Assembly (NCBI GenBank): GCA_045545495.1
Contig: JAZQBC010000058.1
Coordinates: 17,246-81,245, forward strand
From: Anaerovoracaceae bacterium
Lineage (GTDB): Bacteria > Bacillota > Clostridia > Peptostreptococcales > Anaerovoracaceae
Direction: 5' to 3'
DNA: 64,000 nucleotides
Within the stretch, counting starts at the first letter, position 1. The number at the start of each line of letters is the position of its first letter. A model generated the notes under the pieces. It worked only from the letters and a program-made list of their open reading frames with translations. It was not told the origin of the DNA and did no database searches. The translations under genes and the position numbers were made by a program. Below, piece after piece: positions 27,779 to 37,162 of this stretch.

Positions 27779-28663
27779 ATGATCGATTGGAAAGAGATCA
27801 CATTTCAGGATAAACCCAAAATAGAAGACAAGATATGCGCCAGCGGTTGCCACGGGGCAGACTACAGTTTCGCAAATCTGTTTATGTGGAGACACGCATA
27901 CAAACCGCTGCTCGCTTATTGTGATGAAAGAGTGCTTGTCGGCATGCCGGAATGGGGCGTGTATGCCTATCCGAAGGGCGGCGGCGATGTTACCGGCTCG
28001 ATAGAACTTCTGCTTGAAGAAGCTCACGGGCGCGGAGATAAGCTGGTGCTCAGAGGTCTTACCGAAAAAACTCTGGCGGAGTTTCTGCCGCTTTACGGAG
28101 ATCGCTTTGAGATCACCGAGGACAGAGACAACGCTGATTACGTTTACACGGCTGAAAAGCTCTGCAACCTGCCGGGTCGCCATCTTTCGTCCAAAAGAAA
28201 TCATATAAAGCATTTCGAGCGTAATGGCGAATGGGAATTCCATAAGATACGCAATGGAGAGTGCATTGAGGAGGCCAAAGCTTTCGTTGACGCGTTCTAT
28301 AAGGAAAAGAATGACCCTGATCTTGCGGCTGAGGCGAAGGCGATAGAGGAGATGTTCTTGCACTACGAAGCCCTGGGATTTATCGGGGGATTGCTCTATC
28401 AGAACGGACAGCCTGTCGCGTTCACCGCGGGCACAAAACTCGGAGATGAAGTCTTTGACACTCATTTCGAGAAAGCTCTGCCGGGCGTGGAAGGTGCTTA
28501 CACGATGGTCAACCGCGAGTTCGCGAGGCTGGTATGCGAGGAGTTCCCTGAGATCAAGTACTTTAACCGCGAAGAGGATATGGGGATAGAGGGCCTTCGA
28601 AAGGCAAAGATCAGTTATCATCCTGACATACTGATGATGAAATACTTCGCTAAGGAAAAATAA
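27779..28663 (+). CDS. DUF2156-like protein (stand-alone MprF C-terminal / GNAT-fold domain)
   Basis: 294 aa, recognised by resemblance to the family ('GADYSFANLFMWRHAY', 'HLSSKRNHIKHF'). No TM flippase part. Confidence 0.65.
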   Translation: MIDWKEITFQDKPKIEDKICASGCHGADYSFANLFMWRHAYKPLLAYCDERVLVGMPEWGVYAYPKGGGDVTGSIELLLEEAHGRGDKLVLRGLTEKTLAEFLPLYGDRFEITEDRDNADYVYTAEKLCNLPGRHLSSKRNHIKHFERNGEWEFHKIRNGECIEEAKAFVDAFYKEKNDPDLAAEAKAIEEMFLHYEALGFIGGLLYQNGQPVAFTAGTKLGDEVFDTHFEKALPGVEGAYTMVNREFARLVCEEFPEIKYFNREEDMGIEGLRKAKISYHPDILMMKYFAKEK

Positions 28664-28666
28664 AAA

Positions 28667-29566
28667 ATGATATACGCTATTGAGACCGCCAAGCGCGGCT
28701 CAGATAATTATGAAGGCCTGAAAGCTCTTTGGTGTGAGACTTTCGGGGATACAGCTGAGTTCGTCGACGCTTTCTATGATTGCTTCGGCGACGATATAAC
28801 AGGTTATGTGATTCTTGACGGGGAAGGCAAAGTCTGCGCGGCTCTTACCTGTTATCTTGCCGGCGCTTACGAAGGCAGGCTTGTGTATGTAAGCTACGCG
28901 ATATGCACGGCTTCGGATCATCGCGGGCAGGGCCTTGCGAGCGCTCTCACAGAATATGTGAAAGAAGAGGTGATCATGCGCGGTGGCATTTCACTGGTGT
29001 CGCCTGCTGAAGAATCGCTTGAGGAATTCTATGCCGGGCTCGGATATGAGCCGGAATTCTATGTAGCGCCTCGTGCGGTGCTCGCCGAATCCTTCGAGGA
29101 TGAACTTGATGAGTTCGAGTTTGGCGAAGACGACGACTTCGAAGAGGGCGATATAGTAAGACCGGAAGCGGTGGTTAAAAAAATCGACGCGTCACTGTAT
29201 AATAAGTACAGAGAGGCATATCTCACGGAGGTGCCTCACGTGACGATGCTCGACGAGATGCTGGACGCAGTGGCTCTCGCGGGCGAAGGCTTCTACACGA
29301 TCAACAATGGTGACGCAGTCTTCTGCGTCAGTGAAAAAACGAGAGGGCAGCTGATACTTTCCGAGATGATCATAAGTCCGGTACTGCTCGATCTTTCAGG
29401 AGAGATAGACAGCGAGGTAGCTCAGCTTTTGGCAAAACACTTTGATGCTGTCGAAGTGATGTACGATCTGCCGGGTGCCGGACATATTCAAGCCATGGCT
29501 TCCGGCTTCTACGGCAAGACCGAGGGCGCATCTTCGCTCCCGTACTTCGGCTTCCCGATCGAATAA
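28667..29566 (+). CDS. GNAT-family acetyltransferase with an acidic linker and C-terminal extension
   Basis: 'HRGQGLASALTEYV' acetyl-CoA motif. Starts 3 nt after the preceding stop. Confidence 0.7.
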   Translation: MIYAIETAKRGSDNYEGLKALWCETFGDTAEFVDAFYDCFGDDITGYVILDGEGKVCAALTCYLAGAYEGRLVYVSYAICTASDHRGQGLASALTEYVKEEVIMRGGISLVSPAEESLEEFYAGLGYEPEFYVAPRAVLAESFEDELDEFEFGEDDDFEEGDIVRPEAVVKKIDASLYNKYREAYLTEVPHVTMLDEMLDAVALAGEGFYTINNGDAVFCVSEKTRGQLILSEMIISPVLLDLSGEIDSEVAQLLAKHFDAVEVMYDLPGAGHIQAMASGFYGKTEGASSLPYFGFPIE

Positions 29567-29640
29567 CAAGGAATTCGCGTGGCGATGGCGCGCATGTAGC
29601 ATGTAGCATAATTGTGAAACAAGCAGACAGGAGGAATGAT

Positions 29641-30240
29641 ATGAACGTAGTTTGTTTGGATATGGAAGGCGTGCTCTTCCCTGAGATATGGATCGCATTC
29701 AGTGAAGAGAGTGGGATACCGGAACTTAGACGTACCACCAGAGATGAGCCTGATTACGATAAACTCATGCATTGGCGCATGGAAATCCTTCGCGAGCACG
29801 GGCTTAAGCTCAAGGATGTACAGAATACTATCGCCAAGATCAAACCTCTTCCGGGGGCTAAGGAGTTCCTCGATGAACTCAGGACGATCACACAGGTCAT
29901 CATCCTAAGTGACACTTTCTCGCAGTTCGCCGAGCCTCTGATGAGACAGCTCGATTGGCCTACGATCTTCTGCAATGAACTCATCATCGATGAAGAGGGA
30001 TATATCGCCGACATGAGAATGCGCTGCGATCATTCCAAACTGACCACCGTGCGCGGGCTACAGTCCATCGGATTTGAGACGATCGCTGCCGGAGACAGCT
30101 ACAACGACCTCGAAATGATCGAAGCCAGCAAGGCCGGATTCCTCTTCCGTACTACAGACAAGATCAGAGCAGACTACCCGCAGTATCCTGCTTTTGAGGA
30201 GTTCGACGAATTCCTCGCTGCGATAAAGGCGGCACTGTAG
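29641..30240 (+). CDS. HAD-IB phosphatase (ThrH / phosphoserine phosphatase-like)
   Basis: 'VVCLDMEGVLFPEIW' (DxExV variant of the HAD motif I) and 'AAGDSYNDLEMI'. RBS 'aggagg'. Confidence 0.8.
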   Translation: MNVVCLDMEGVLFPEIWIAFSEESGIPELRRTTRDEPDYDKLMHWRMEILREHGLKLKDVQNTIAKIKPLPGAKEFLDELRTITQVIILSDTFSQFAEPLMRQLDWPTIFCNELIIDEEGYIADMRMRCDHSKLTTVRGLQSIGFETIAAGDSYNDLEMIEASKAGFLFRTTDKIRADYPQYPAFEEFDEFLAAIKAAL

Positions 30241-30335
30241 AAAGTTATACTAACGGCAAAGCGTGTTTCATCCAAAGCAGCTTGCCATTTTCTTATGCAA
30301 AAATAAAAATCCTACTGAATAGATAGGAAAAAGCC

Positions 30336-30364
30336 TTGACAATGCAAACCGCTAGTCTTAATAT
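30336..30364 (+). promoter_or_regulatory. sigma-A type promoter
   Basis: TTGACA (30336-30341), 17-nt spacer, TAATAT (30359-30364), about 85 nt upstream of the DUF1858 gene. Confidence 0.55.
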
Positions 30365-30451
30365 ATGCAAGAAAGCGATGAAGGTTCGCAATTCCAAACA
30401 CAACTAACGCATTCAAATACTCGATCAAGTTTATAAACCGGAGGGAAACAA

Positions 30452-30646
30452 ATGATTACTAAGGATATGGTTATCGGAGACGTTATCAATGAGCATCCAG
30501 AACTGGTTCGCGCATTCTTCGCCAATGGCATGATGTGCATCGGTTGCCCTGCATCACAGGGTGAGTCCATCGAGCAGGCTTCGATGGTACACGGCATCGA
30601 CACAGATCAGCTCGTAAACGCTCTCAACGAAGCTCTCGAGGCATAA
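30452..30646 (+). CDS. DUF1858-domain small redox-disulfide-type protein
   Basis: 64 aa, 'MMCIGCPASQGESIEQA' with a CxxC motif. RBS 'ggaggga'. Confidence 0.8.
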   Translation: MITKDMVIGDVINEHPELVRAFFANGMMCIGCPASQGESIEQASMVHGIDTDQLVNALNEALEA

Positions 30647-30669
30647 TAGGGATCCAATATGATTCACAG

Positions 30670-30692
30670 GCGGCTGGCAGCAGCCGCTTTTT
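30670..30692 (+). terminator. rho-independent terminator
   Basis: 'gcggctg-gcag-cagccgc' followed by 'ttttt'. Confidence 0.75.
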
Positions 30693-30780
30693 CATTGCGG
30701 TCTTTGGCCCCATCTGTTTTGCAAATGGGTGGCTGCGGATGTAAAATCAGTACGAATAGTAAACAGCAGGAGGAAACGCT

Positions 30781-31542
30781 ATGTTTTTTGAAGTAGATAA
30801 AGAAATATTTGATAAGGTCCCTGATCTTGTGATCGGCGTAGTAGCCGTGCAGGGGATCGACAACAGCAAAGAAGTACCGGCGATCGAAAAGATGCTCGAC
30901 AAATACGCGGATGAGTGCAAACAGTATTTCGACGAGTCGGGCAACAAGGCCAAAGAGGACCCTTGCGTAGTTCCATATCGCGAAGCCTTTAGAGCTATAG
31001 GCATCAACCCTAACAGATATGCATGCTCGATCGAAGCTCTGATGGACAGGATAGCCAAGGGCAAGGGGATGCCTCATATCAATCCGGCTGTCGACCTCGG
31101 CAATGCTCTGTCGCTGAAGTACAGGATCCCGATCGGGGCCCATGATATGTATACTTTCGTAAAACCTGATGGTAAAGGCCGCGGCAGCGAAGACGCCGGC
31201 ATCAGCATCAGACCGTCGACAGCCGACGATCACTTCAGACCGTTTGGCGCTCCTGAGGGCGAGTTCGACGATCCTGAACCGGGCGAAGTCGTATATGTAT
31301 CCGGTAACGAGATAAGGACCCGCCGCTGGACATGGCGCCAGAGCGAGCAGGGCAAGATGCAGGACAAGACAAGCGCGGTATTCTACCCGATCGACGGCTT
31401 CGCGGATCACAATCTCGAAGATGTCAAAAGGGTGATGAAGGATTTCACCGAGCAGATCGCGAACTACTTCGCGAGATCGGGAAGCCGCTGCACAGTCGCG
31501 ACCGGACTTGTAACAAAGGACGAACCGCGCTTCGAATTTTAG
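30781..31542 (+). CDS. B3/B4 tRNA-binding-domain protein (PheT-related)
   Basis: 253 aa, recognised by resemblance to the B3/4 domain family ('YREAFRAIGINPNRY', 'INPAVDLGNALSLKY'). Confidence 0.75.
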   Translation: MFFEVDKEIFDKVPDLVIGVVAVQGIDNSKEVPAIEKMLDKYADECKQYFDESGNKAKEDPCVVPYREAFRAIGINPNRYACSIEALMDRIAKGKGMPHINPAVDLGNALSLKYRIPIGAHDMYTFVKPDGKGRGSEDAGISIRPSTADDHFRPFGAPEGEFDDPEPGEVVYVSGNEIRTRRWTWRQSEQGKMQDKTSAVFYPIDGFADHNLEDVKRVMKDFTEQIANYFARSGSRCTVATGLVTKDEPRFEF

Positions 31543-31615
31543 ATAACGGATGACTCAAATCTTTCGAGTCCTCTAAGCTAATCTGGGAGATTGGGATATC
31601 TAGAGGAGGTTATAG

Positions 31616-31843
31616 TTGCTAAGAGGTGGTTTGACATTAGAAGTAGGGTTCGCGATTTTACTGATCGCACCAATTCTGTTGTACATTTTTATTACCGTAC
31701 TAGAGAAAAGGAGAGAGGCTGGCCGCTCATATGAGGCGTATGTTGATGGCGAGCCTAACAAACGGAGTAATATTATACTTGCAATTTTCCTGGTCGCAGT
31801 TTTATTGATGGTGATATTAGCCTGCGTTATGACACAGGTATAG
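31616..31843 (+). CDS. small two-TM hypothetical protein (TTG start)
   Basis: Strong RBS 'agaggagg' 6 nt before the TTG. Two hydrophobic helices. Confidence 0.45.
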   Translation: MLRGGLTLEVGFAILLIAPILLYIFITVLEKRREAGRSYEAYVDGEPNKRSNIILAIFLVAVLLMVILACVMTQV

Positions 31844-31853
31844 GAGCACTAAA

Positions 31854-32309
31854 ATGCATGTAAAGGATATAAACGTGGATGCGGATACAAAGCGGCTGCT
31901 TGTCGAAAAGGCGATAGAGGTATTGCCTAATTCCTACGCGCCATATTCCAACTACAATGTCGGAGCGGCCGCGCTCTTTGATTCCGGCAAGATCTACACC
32001 GGAACCAACGTCGAGAACGCTTCATACGGAGCCACTGTATGCGCCGAAAGGAATGCCATATTCCGCGCGGCCTCTGAGGGCGAGCGCAGGCTCCTCGCGC
32101 TGGCTGTGGTCGGCGGTCCAGGAGGCGAAATAGGAAATGAATACTGCGTGCCATGCGGAATATGCAGGCAGGTAATGAGAGAATTCGCCGACCCGGAAAA
32201 AATGATAGTGATCTGCGCGAAGTCGCCCGATGATTACAGAGAATACGCGCTCGCCGAACTCCTCCCGCAAAGCTTCGGTCCGAAGCATCTGGGGCCGGCG
32301 CCTGAGTGA
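31854..32309 (+). CDS. cdd: cytidine deaminase
   Basis: 'CAERNAIF' and 'PCGICRQVM' zinc-binding motifs. Confidence 0.9.
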   Translation: MHVKDINVDADTKRLLVEKAIEVLPNSYAPYSNYNVGAAALFDSGKIYTGTNVENASYGATVCAERNAIFRAASEGERRLLALAVVGGPGGEIGNEYCVPCGICRQVMREFADPEKMIVICAKSPDDYREYALAELLPQSFGPKHLGPAPE

Positions 32310-32676
32310 CAGAATCACTGAGGGGAGCTTTCAAGGGACAGGATCATTGAAGACGGCATGATATTCCTTCGAAACGGAAATTGCAAGGGCAATGACTAAC
32401 ATCGTTATTGCTTCTAGTAAGTTTTTCTGGGTGTAGTGAATAACTTCTTCATGTTTTCGTCGGAATTTTTGCGGAAAATGAGCTCTTGCTTCCTCTATTC
32501 TGGTCGTTCCAGCCTGGATTTTGAAGAAAATCCACATTTGCCGCTTATATGTTATTCCTTCGAAGCGAGGAATTCAGGGGCAGGGAATAACAATGTTAGT
32601 GCTTTTGGCCTATATAGCGTGTATAAGGAATAACCAGAGGTGATAGGAAGGACTTGATCAGAGGAACTGGGGAATG

Positions 32677-32710
32677 AAAAAGGCAGGTACCGTGTGGCAC
32701 CTGCCTTTTG
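32677..32710. terminator. bidirectional terminator hairpin
   Basis: 'aaaaaggcaggt...acctgccttttg', with A and T runs on both sides. Lies 35 nt after the cyclodeaminase stop. Confidence 0.7.
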
Positions 32711-32744
32711 AAGTTTTTGCGTTATGTTATCTCTGCTAAGCGAA

Positions 32745-33371
32745 TTAGCAAATAGCTTCGATCTCCGCGAAGAGTTTGTCAGCGAGAGGAACGAGCTCAT
32801 CTACGTAAGCCTGGCCCTTCTTCTGATAACTCTCAGCGAGCTCTTTGTCTTTCATGCTTCCGATGTTGATCTTGACGTTGAGCCAAGCACCGAGGATAGC
32901 TGTACGGAGCTCGAGAACTGCTACGCCGAGGTCGCTGGCGGAGTTGACGTTGAACTTGCCCTGCATGCTCTCAACGAGGTGAAGAGCTTCGCTGCTGTAC
33001 TCAAGCATCTTGAGAGGGGACTCAACGCAAGCTACGAGACCATTCTGGATGGCTGCGGATCTTGCTGCCTTTTCCTCTTCTGTTTCCTTTGGCATACCAA
33101 ACGCATCGCCGATAACGTTGAAAGCGTCTGTGTCGAGGTCGACCTGAGCGATCAGCTTTTCTTTGAGAGCCGATGCTTTGTCGCGTGTCTCTTTTGCGAA
33201 TTCCTCGTAGTCAGCATACTTTTTTCTGCCGATCGTGAGGGTGCAAACCATGGCTGCGAGTGCGGAACCGAGAGCGCCTGCGAGAGAAGCTGCTGATCCG
33301 CCACCAGGAGCCGGTGCGTCTGACTCAAGTACGTCTGTGAAATGAGTCACTGTCATATCTACTAATTTCAT
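32745..33371 (-). CDS. formimidoyltetrahydrofolate cyclodeaminase / cyclohydrolase-family protein
   Basis: 'APAPGGGSAASLAGALGSAL', typical of the FtcD C-terminal domain family. Confidence 0.85.
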   Translation of the reverse strand: MKLVDMTVTHFTDVLESDAPAPGGGSAASLAGALGSALAAMVCTLTIGRKKYADYEEFAKETRDKASALKEKLIAQVDLDTDAFNVIGDAFGMPKETEEEKAARSAAIQNGLVACVESPLKMLEYSSEALHLVESMQGKFNVNSASDLGVAVLELRTAILGAWLNVKINIGSMKDKELAESYQKKGQAYVDELVPLADKLFAEIEAIC

Positions 33372-33423
33372 TTTCGATTTCTCCTTGTTTTTTTGTCAAC
33401 GTTGCAGTTGCATCACGTGACGA

Positions 33424-33557
33424 GAAGTGTTCGGACTCAGAAGGGCCTGTGGTAGCCGGCACTTAGCGATTGGCAAGCCGAAGGCGCCGACAGAGCTTAG
33501 TACCGCTGCGTTAAGCCACAGACAGGCGAGAGCCGTACTTCTGAGGACGAATACTTC
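33424..33557. repeat. long imperfect-palindrome intergenic element, copy A
   Basis: 20-bp outer stem (gaagtgttcggactcagaag with cttctgaggacgaatacttc). The core is 27/33 and 39/43 identical to copy B at 45.7 kb. Confidence 0.8.
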
Positions 33558-33562
33558 GAGTC

Positions 33563-34477
33563 CTACATCATGTCGATCAGGTGATACTCGAGGATCTGCT
33601 CGTGGCAGTTGAAGTTCTCGACCTTGAGGTAGTACTCAGCGCAGTCGATCATAGCCTTAGCAGGTGTGAGTCCAACGATCTCTGTTCCGATGATGTTAAC
33701 GCCGTAGCCAGCAGCGAGAGCTCTTACCATCTCATATGTGTAGTAGAGAGGTGTGCCTTCGTAGTTGACCATGTTCATGGAAACCTGAGCGATTCCTCTG
33801 TCCTCGAGGAAGATGCCGATTCCCTTGCAGTATTTGAATCCGCCGGAGGATCCTCTGATTGCCTTAGCGATCTTGTTAGCGATCTCTACGTTGTCTGTAT
33901 CGAGGTTGATGTTGAAAGCGACCAGTGGCATACGAGCTCCGATAGCTGTGATACCTGCTGTAGGGTGGATCTTTCTTTCACCATAGTCTGGAGCCCACTC
34001 TTCCTGGAGCAGCTTCTCAGGCATACCCTCGAACTGACCCTTACGGCACTTAGCGAGGTTCTTTCTCTCAGGTCTTGTTGCGGAATCCTCATAGAGGAAG
34101 GAAGGGATCTGAAGCTCGTTCCAGATTCTCTCAGCAACTCTCTTGGAGAGGTCGATGCACTCTTCGAGTGTAACGTCTTTTGTCTGAGGAACGAATGGGA
34201 TAACGTCTGTAGCTCCCATACGTGGGTGCTGTCCCTGATGCTTATTCATGTCGATAAGCTCAGAAGCTTTCTTGCAGAGCTGGAAAGCGACCTCTTCGAT
34301 ACCCTCAGGGCTACCGATGAGTGTGAATACGCAGCGGTTGTGGCTTCCGTCGGACTGCACGTCGAAAAGTGTGCATCCAGGAGCGTTCTTTGCTACCTCT
34401 ACCAGCTGTTCGAAAACTGCTGGATCCTGTTCCTTGCTTGTGCTGAAATTAGGAATACATTCGATAAGTTTTGACAT
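33563..34477 (-). CDS. glutamate formimidoyltransferase
   Basis: 'MSKLIECIPNFSTSK' N-terminus typical of the FtcD N-terminal domain, 304 aa. Confidence 0.9.
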   Translation of the reverse strand: MSKLIECIPNFSTSKEQDPAVFEQLVEVAKNAPGCTLFDVQSDGSHNRCVFTLIGSPEGIEEVAFQLCKKASELIDMNKHQGQHPRMGATDVIPFVPQTKDVTLEECIDLSKRVAERIWNELQIPSFLYEDSATRPERKNLAKCRKGQFEGMPEKLLQEEWAPDYGERKIHPTAGITAIGARMPLVAFNINLDTDNVEIANKIAKAIRGSSGGFKYCKGIGIFLEDRGIAQVSMNMVNYEGTPLYYTYEMVRALAAGYGVNIIGTEIVGLTPAKAMIDCAEYYLKVENFNCHEQILEYHLIDMM

Positions 34478-34949
34478 TTCATATCCTCCGATAATAATTG
34501 TTGTCTATGAGAAAAAATTTGTCAGCACCAACATTTTATTGGTATTGACTATATTTATCAATAATATAGCGTGTTTTTTTAACGAAATAATGATTGAAGA
34601 TTTTTATCAAGCGGCGCACTTTGTCTATGTATCTTTTCCAAAAGCTAAATTGGGAGCATGACAACGTGTTGTTCACCCATCGGTAAGCGCAACATTCGTT
34701 TGGCGGGCGCATAGATGCGGAAACTCTGCATTAAAGGAGCGTTTTGTGTAAAGTTTAACAAAAAAATATGAGGCCAATTGTTGGTTCGACCAATAAAAGA
34801 AAAACTTATAGCATTTTAATCTATTTTTTTGATGGCGAAATGTGGTATTTGTGTGAAATTGCGTTATAATAATATCAGTTTCATGATGGGGGGAGGTCCC
34901 CCGTCAGGCAAGTTATTTCTTTATCACACATATGAAAAGAGGTATTTAT

Positions 34950-36509
34950 ATGGCTAAAGAAAACAAAGTCAGAGAGGTGAGACCTCTGCCTAAATGGGCA
35001 GCGATCCTTCCTATTCTTGTCATGGCATGTCTTATGATCTACAACCTTGCCATCGAGAAGAATTACGAAGATGCTCATCTTCCACTCGTAGTAGCTATGT
35101 GCGTTGGTGTAGCAGTTGGCGTTGGCTATGGCCGCACATTCAAAGACATCATGGCTGCTATCATCGCAAGGATCAGCAACACACTCGAAGCTATCCTTAT
35201 CCTTATGACAGTAGGTTTCCTCGTAGCATCGTTCATGGCTGCAGGTACTATCCCGGCCCTGATCTTCTACGGACTCAAACTGCTCTCGCCTAAGGTCTTC
35301 CTGCCTGTTGGCTGCTTGCTCTGCGGTATCACAGGTCTTGCCTGCGGTTCTTCCTGGACAACAACAGCTACAATGGGTGTTGCCTTCATGGGTATAGGAC
35401 TTGGTCTTGGCATCAATCCTGCTCTTACAGCTGGTATGGTTATTTCCGGAGCATACGTTGGTGATAAGTTCTCACCACTCTCCGATACAACAAACCTCGC
35501 TGCCGGAGTATCCAACACAGGACTGTTCGACCACGTTCGCGCTATGGTTTCGACAACTGGTCCGACAATGCTTATCGCACTCGTTCTCTACACGATCCTC
35601 GGACTCAGAGCGGACTCCGCTAATTACGATGATACTAAGGCTACAGAGATCATCAATGCTATTGGTGAAACGTTCAACATGAATGTACTCGTATTCCTGC
35701 CACTCATCGTTATCATCGTGGTATGCGTTATCAAGATGCCTGCTCTTCCTGGTATCCTGCTCGCAGTAGTAGTCGCTGTACTTACATCGATCATCTTCCA
35801 GAAGAACGTTGTATGGGCAGACGGCGTTACACTCGGCGGAATCTTCAACCTGCTCCACTATGGACTTGAAGGAGTTGAAACAGCCAGTGAAGACGTTAAC
35901 AGCATCTTAGGCAAAGCCGGTGGTATGGACGGAACAATGTGGACAATCAACCTCGTAATCCTCGCTGTAGGTTACGGCGGAGCTCTCGAAGGTGCCGGAG
36001 TTATCGACTCCATCTTCGGCGGACTCAAGGAAAAACTCCACACACCAGGACAGCTCGCTATCGCTACAATGCTCACAGGTATCTTCTGCGACGCAGCACT
36101 CGGCGACCAGTTCCTCGGAATTTCGGTTCCTGCTCCACTGTATGCAGACAAGTATGATGAGATGGGTCTTGCTCGTAACTTCATGTCCAGAACACTTGAG
36201 GACGCTGGTACACTTTGGTCACCAATGTTCCCATGGACAGCTTGCGGCGCTTGGCAGAGCACAGCTCTCGGCATGAGCCCATTCGTTTACTTCCCGTTCG
36301 CATTCGTTAACCTGCTCAACCCTATCTATGCAGCAGTTACAGCTTCCCTCGGACGCAACATCTTCTGGGCTGATGGTTCATACACCAACCTCCTCGGAAA
36401 GACTAAGGCTGGTACTCCTGCTGAGGCTCCAGAGGCTGAGCACGAGATCGCTCTTAAGAACCTTGAAGCACTCCGTGCTGCTGGCAAGGCTCCAAAGATT
36501 GGCGCATAA
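34950..36509 (+). CDS. NhaC-family Na+/H+ antiporter-type transporter
   Basis: About 12 TM segments with NhaC-like sequence. Start at 'MAKENKV' with RBS 'aagagg'. Confidence 0.8.
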   Translation: MAKENKVREVRPLPKWAAILPILVMACLMIYNLAIEKNYEDAHLPLVVAMCVGVAVGVGYGRTFKDIMAAIIARISNTLEAILILMTVGFLVASFMAAGTIPALIFYGLKLLSPKVFLPVGCLLCGITGLACGSSWTTTATMGVAFMGIGLGLGINPALTAGMVISGAYVGDKFSPLSDTTNLAAGVSNTGLFDHVRAMVSTTGPTMLIALVLYTILGLRADSANYDDTKATEIINAIGETFNMNVLVFLPLIVIIVVCVIKMPALPGILLAVVVAVLTSIIFQKNVVWADGVTLGGIFNLLHYGLEGVETASEDVNSILGKAGGMDGTMWTINLVILAVGYGGALEGAGVIDSIFGGLKEKLHTPGQLAIATMLTGIFCDAALGDQFLGISVPAPLYADKYDEMGLARNFMSRTLEDAGTLWSPMFPWTACGAWQSTALGMSPFVYFPFAFVNLLNPIYAAVTASLGRNIFWADGSYTNLLGKTKAGTPAEAPEAEHEIALKNLEALRAAGKAPKIGA

Positions 36510-36596
36510 TTCGAATGCATTGTTAAGTGCATCGGGATCATGTGTGGTGCACGTGATATGAACGGCAAGCATCACATATTCCGATAATAACAAAGA

Positions 36597-36633
36597 CCGC
36601 TGCCGTAAATTCTTTTACGGCAGCGGATTTTTC
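36597..36633 (+). terminator. rho-independent terminator
   Basis: 13-bp stem 'ccgctgccgtaaa' and 'tttacggcagcgg' followed by 'attttt'. Confidence 0.85.
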
Positions 36634-36650
36634 TTAAAGGAGAGAAGTAT

Positions 36651-37160
36651 ATGGAACGAAAATATCCGTGGGCTGATCTTGGCACACCGGTATATACAGG
36701 AGTTGGAAAAAAAGAGCGTAAAGCATGGGTGACCGTATACGCTTGGTTTTGTGTAGCTGTTCTTGTACTTTGCACATTTATAACGAAGTATCACGTACCG
36801 TGCGCAGTCATTGCCATATTACTGGCGCTGGCCATATTGGTCAAAAGGACTGATGCAGTCACAGACCGCGGGCTGGAAAGTTTTATAGATGTAAAGTTCT
36901 TCTCAAGCCATGAGATCTGGCCTTGGGATGAGATCGAGGCCGTTACCTATGAGACCAATCCGGCTGTTCCGGATACTACCCTTCTTTACTTCACTCATAA
37001 TGAGGTGCGAACACGTAAGGCGTTCTTTAAAAATGAGGATGTCGTAATGATAAAAGTGCTCGCCCAAAAGAAAAACAAAAACATCCATATATATGATGGT
37101 AACGAGTACCGTGCTGAGGCGCGCGAGTTGAATGCGCGTCAGAAACGCAAAAGGAAATAG
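36651..37160 (+). CDS. hypothetical membrane protein
   Basis: RBS 'aaaggagag'. Two TM helices followed by a soluble domain. No family recognised. Confidence 0.6.
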   Translation: MERKYPWADLGTPVYTGVGKKERKAWVTVYAWFCVAVLVLCTFITKYHVPCAVIAILLALAILVKRTDAVTDRGLESFIDVKFFSSHEIWPWDEIEAVTYETNPAVPDTTLLYFTHNEVRTRKAFFKNEDVVMIKVLAQKKNKNIHIYDGNEYRAEARELNARQKRKRK

Positions 37161-37162
37161 AT

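Noticed and set aside
30664-31410. 248-aa minus-strand ORF opposite the B3/4-domain gene
   Set aside because: It is antisense to a gene with recognisable family sequence. Its composition is not protein-like and it has no start context.
32331-32537. 68-aa minus-strand ORF in the 430-nt gap after cdd (with overlapping ORFs at 32436-32633 and 32552-32800)
   Set aside because: The nearest Shine-Dalgarno-like sequence is about 18 nt from the ATG. No family was recognised. The gap may hold a gene remnant, but I cannot support a call.
34478-34950. Riboswitch or T-box in the long leader regions (34478-34950, 55110-55460, 19940-20236)
   Set aside because: I recognised no conserved riboswitch core (no T-box specifier/'tggt' arrangement, and no B12, SAM, TPP, glycine or purine cores). 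I left these unannotated apart from the candidate promoters.
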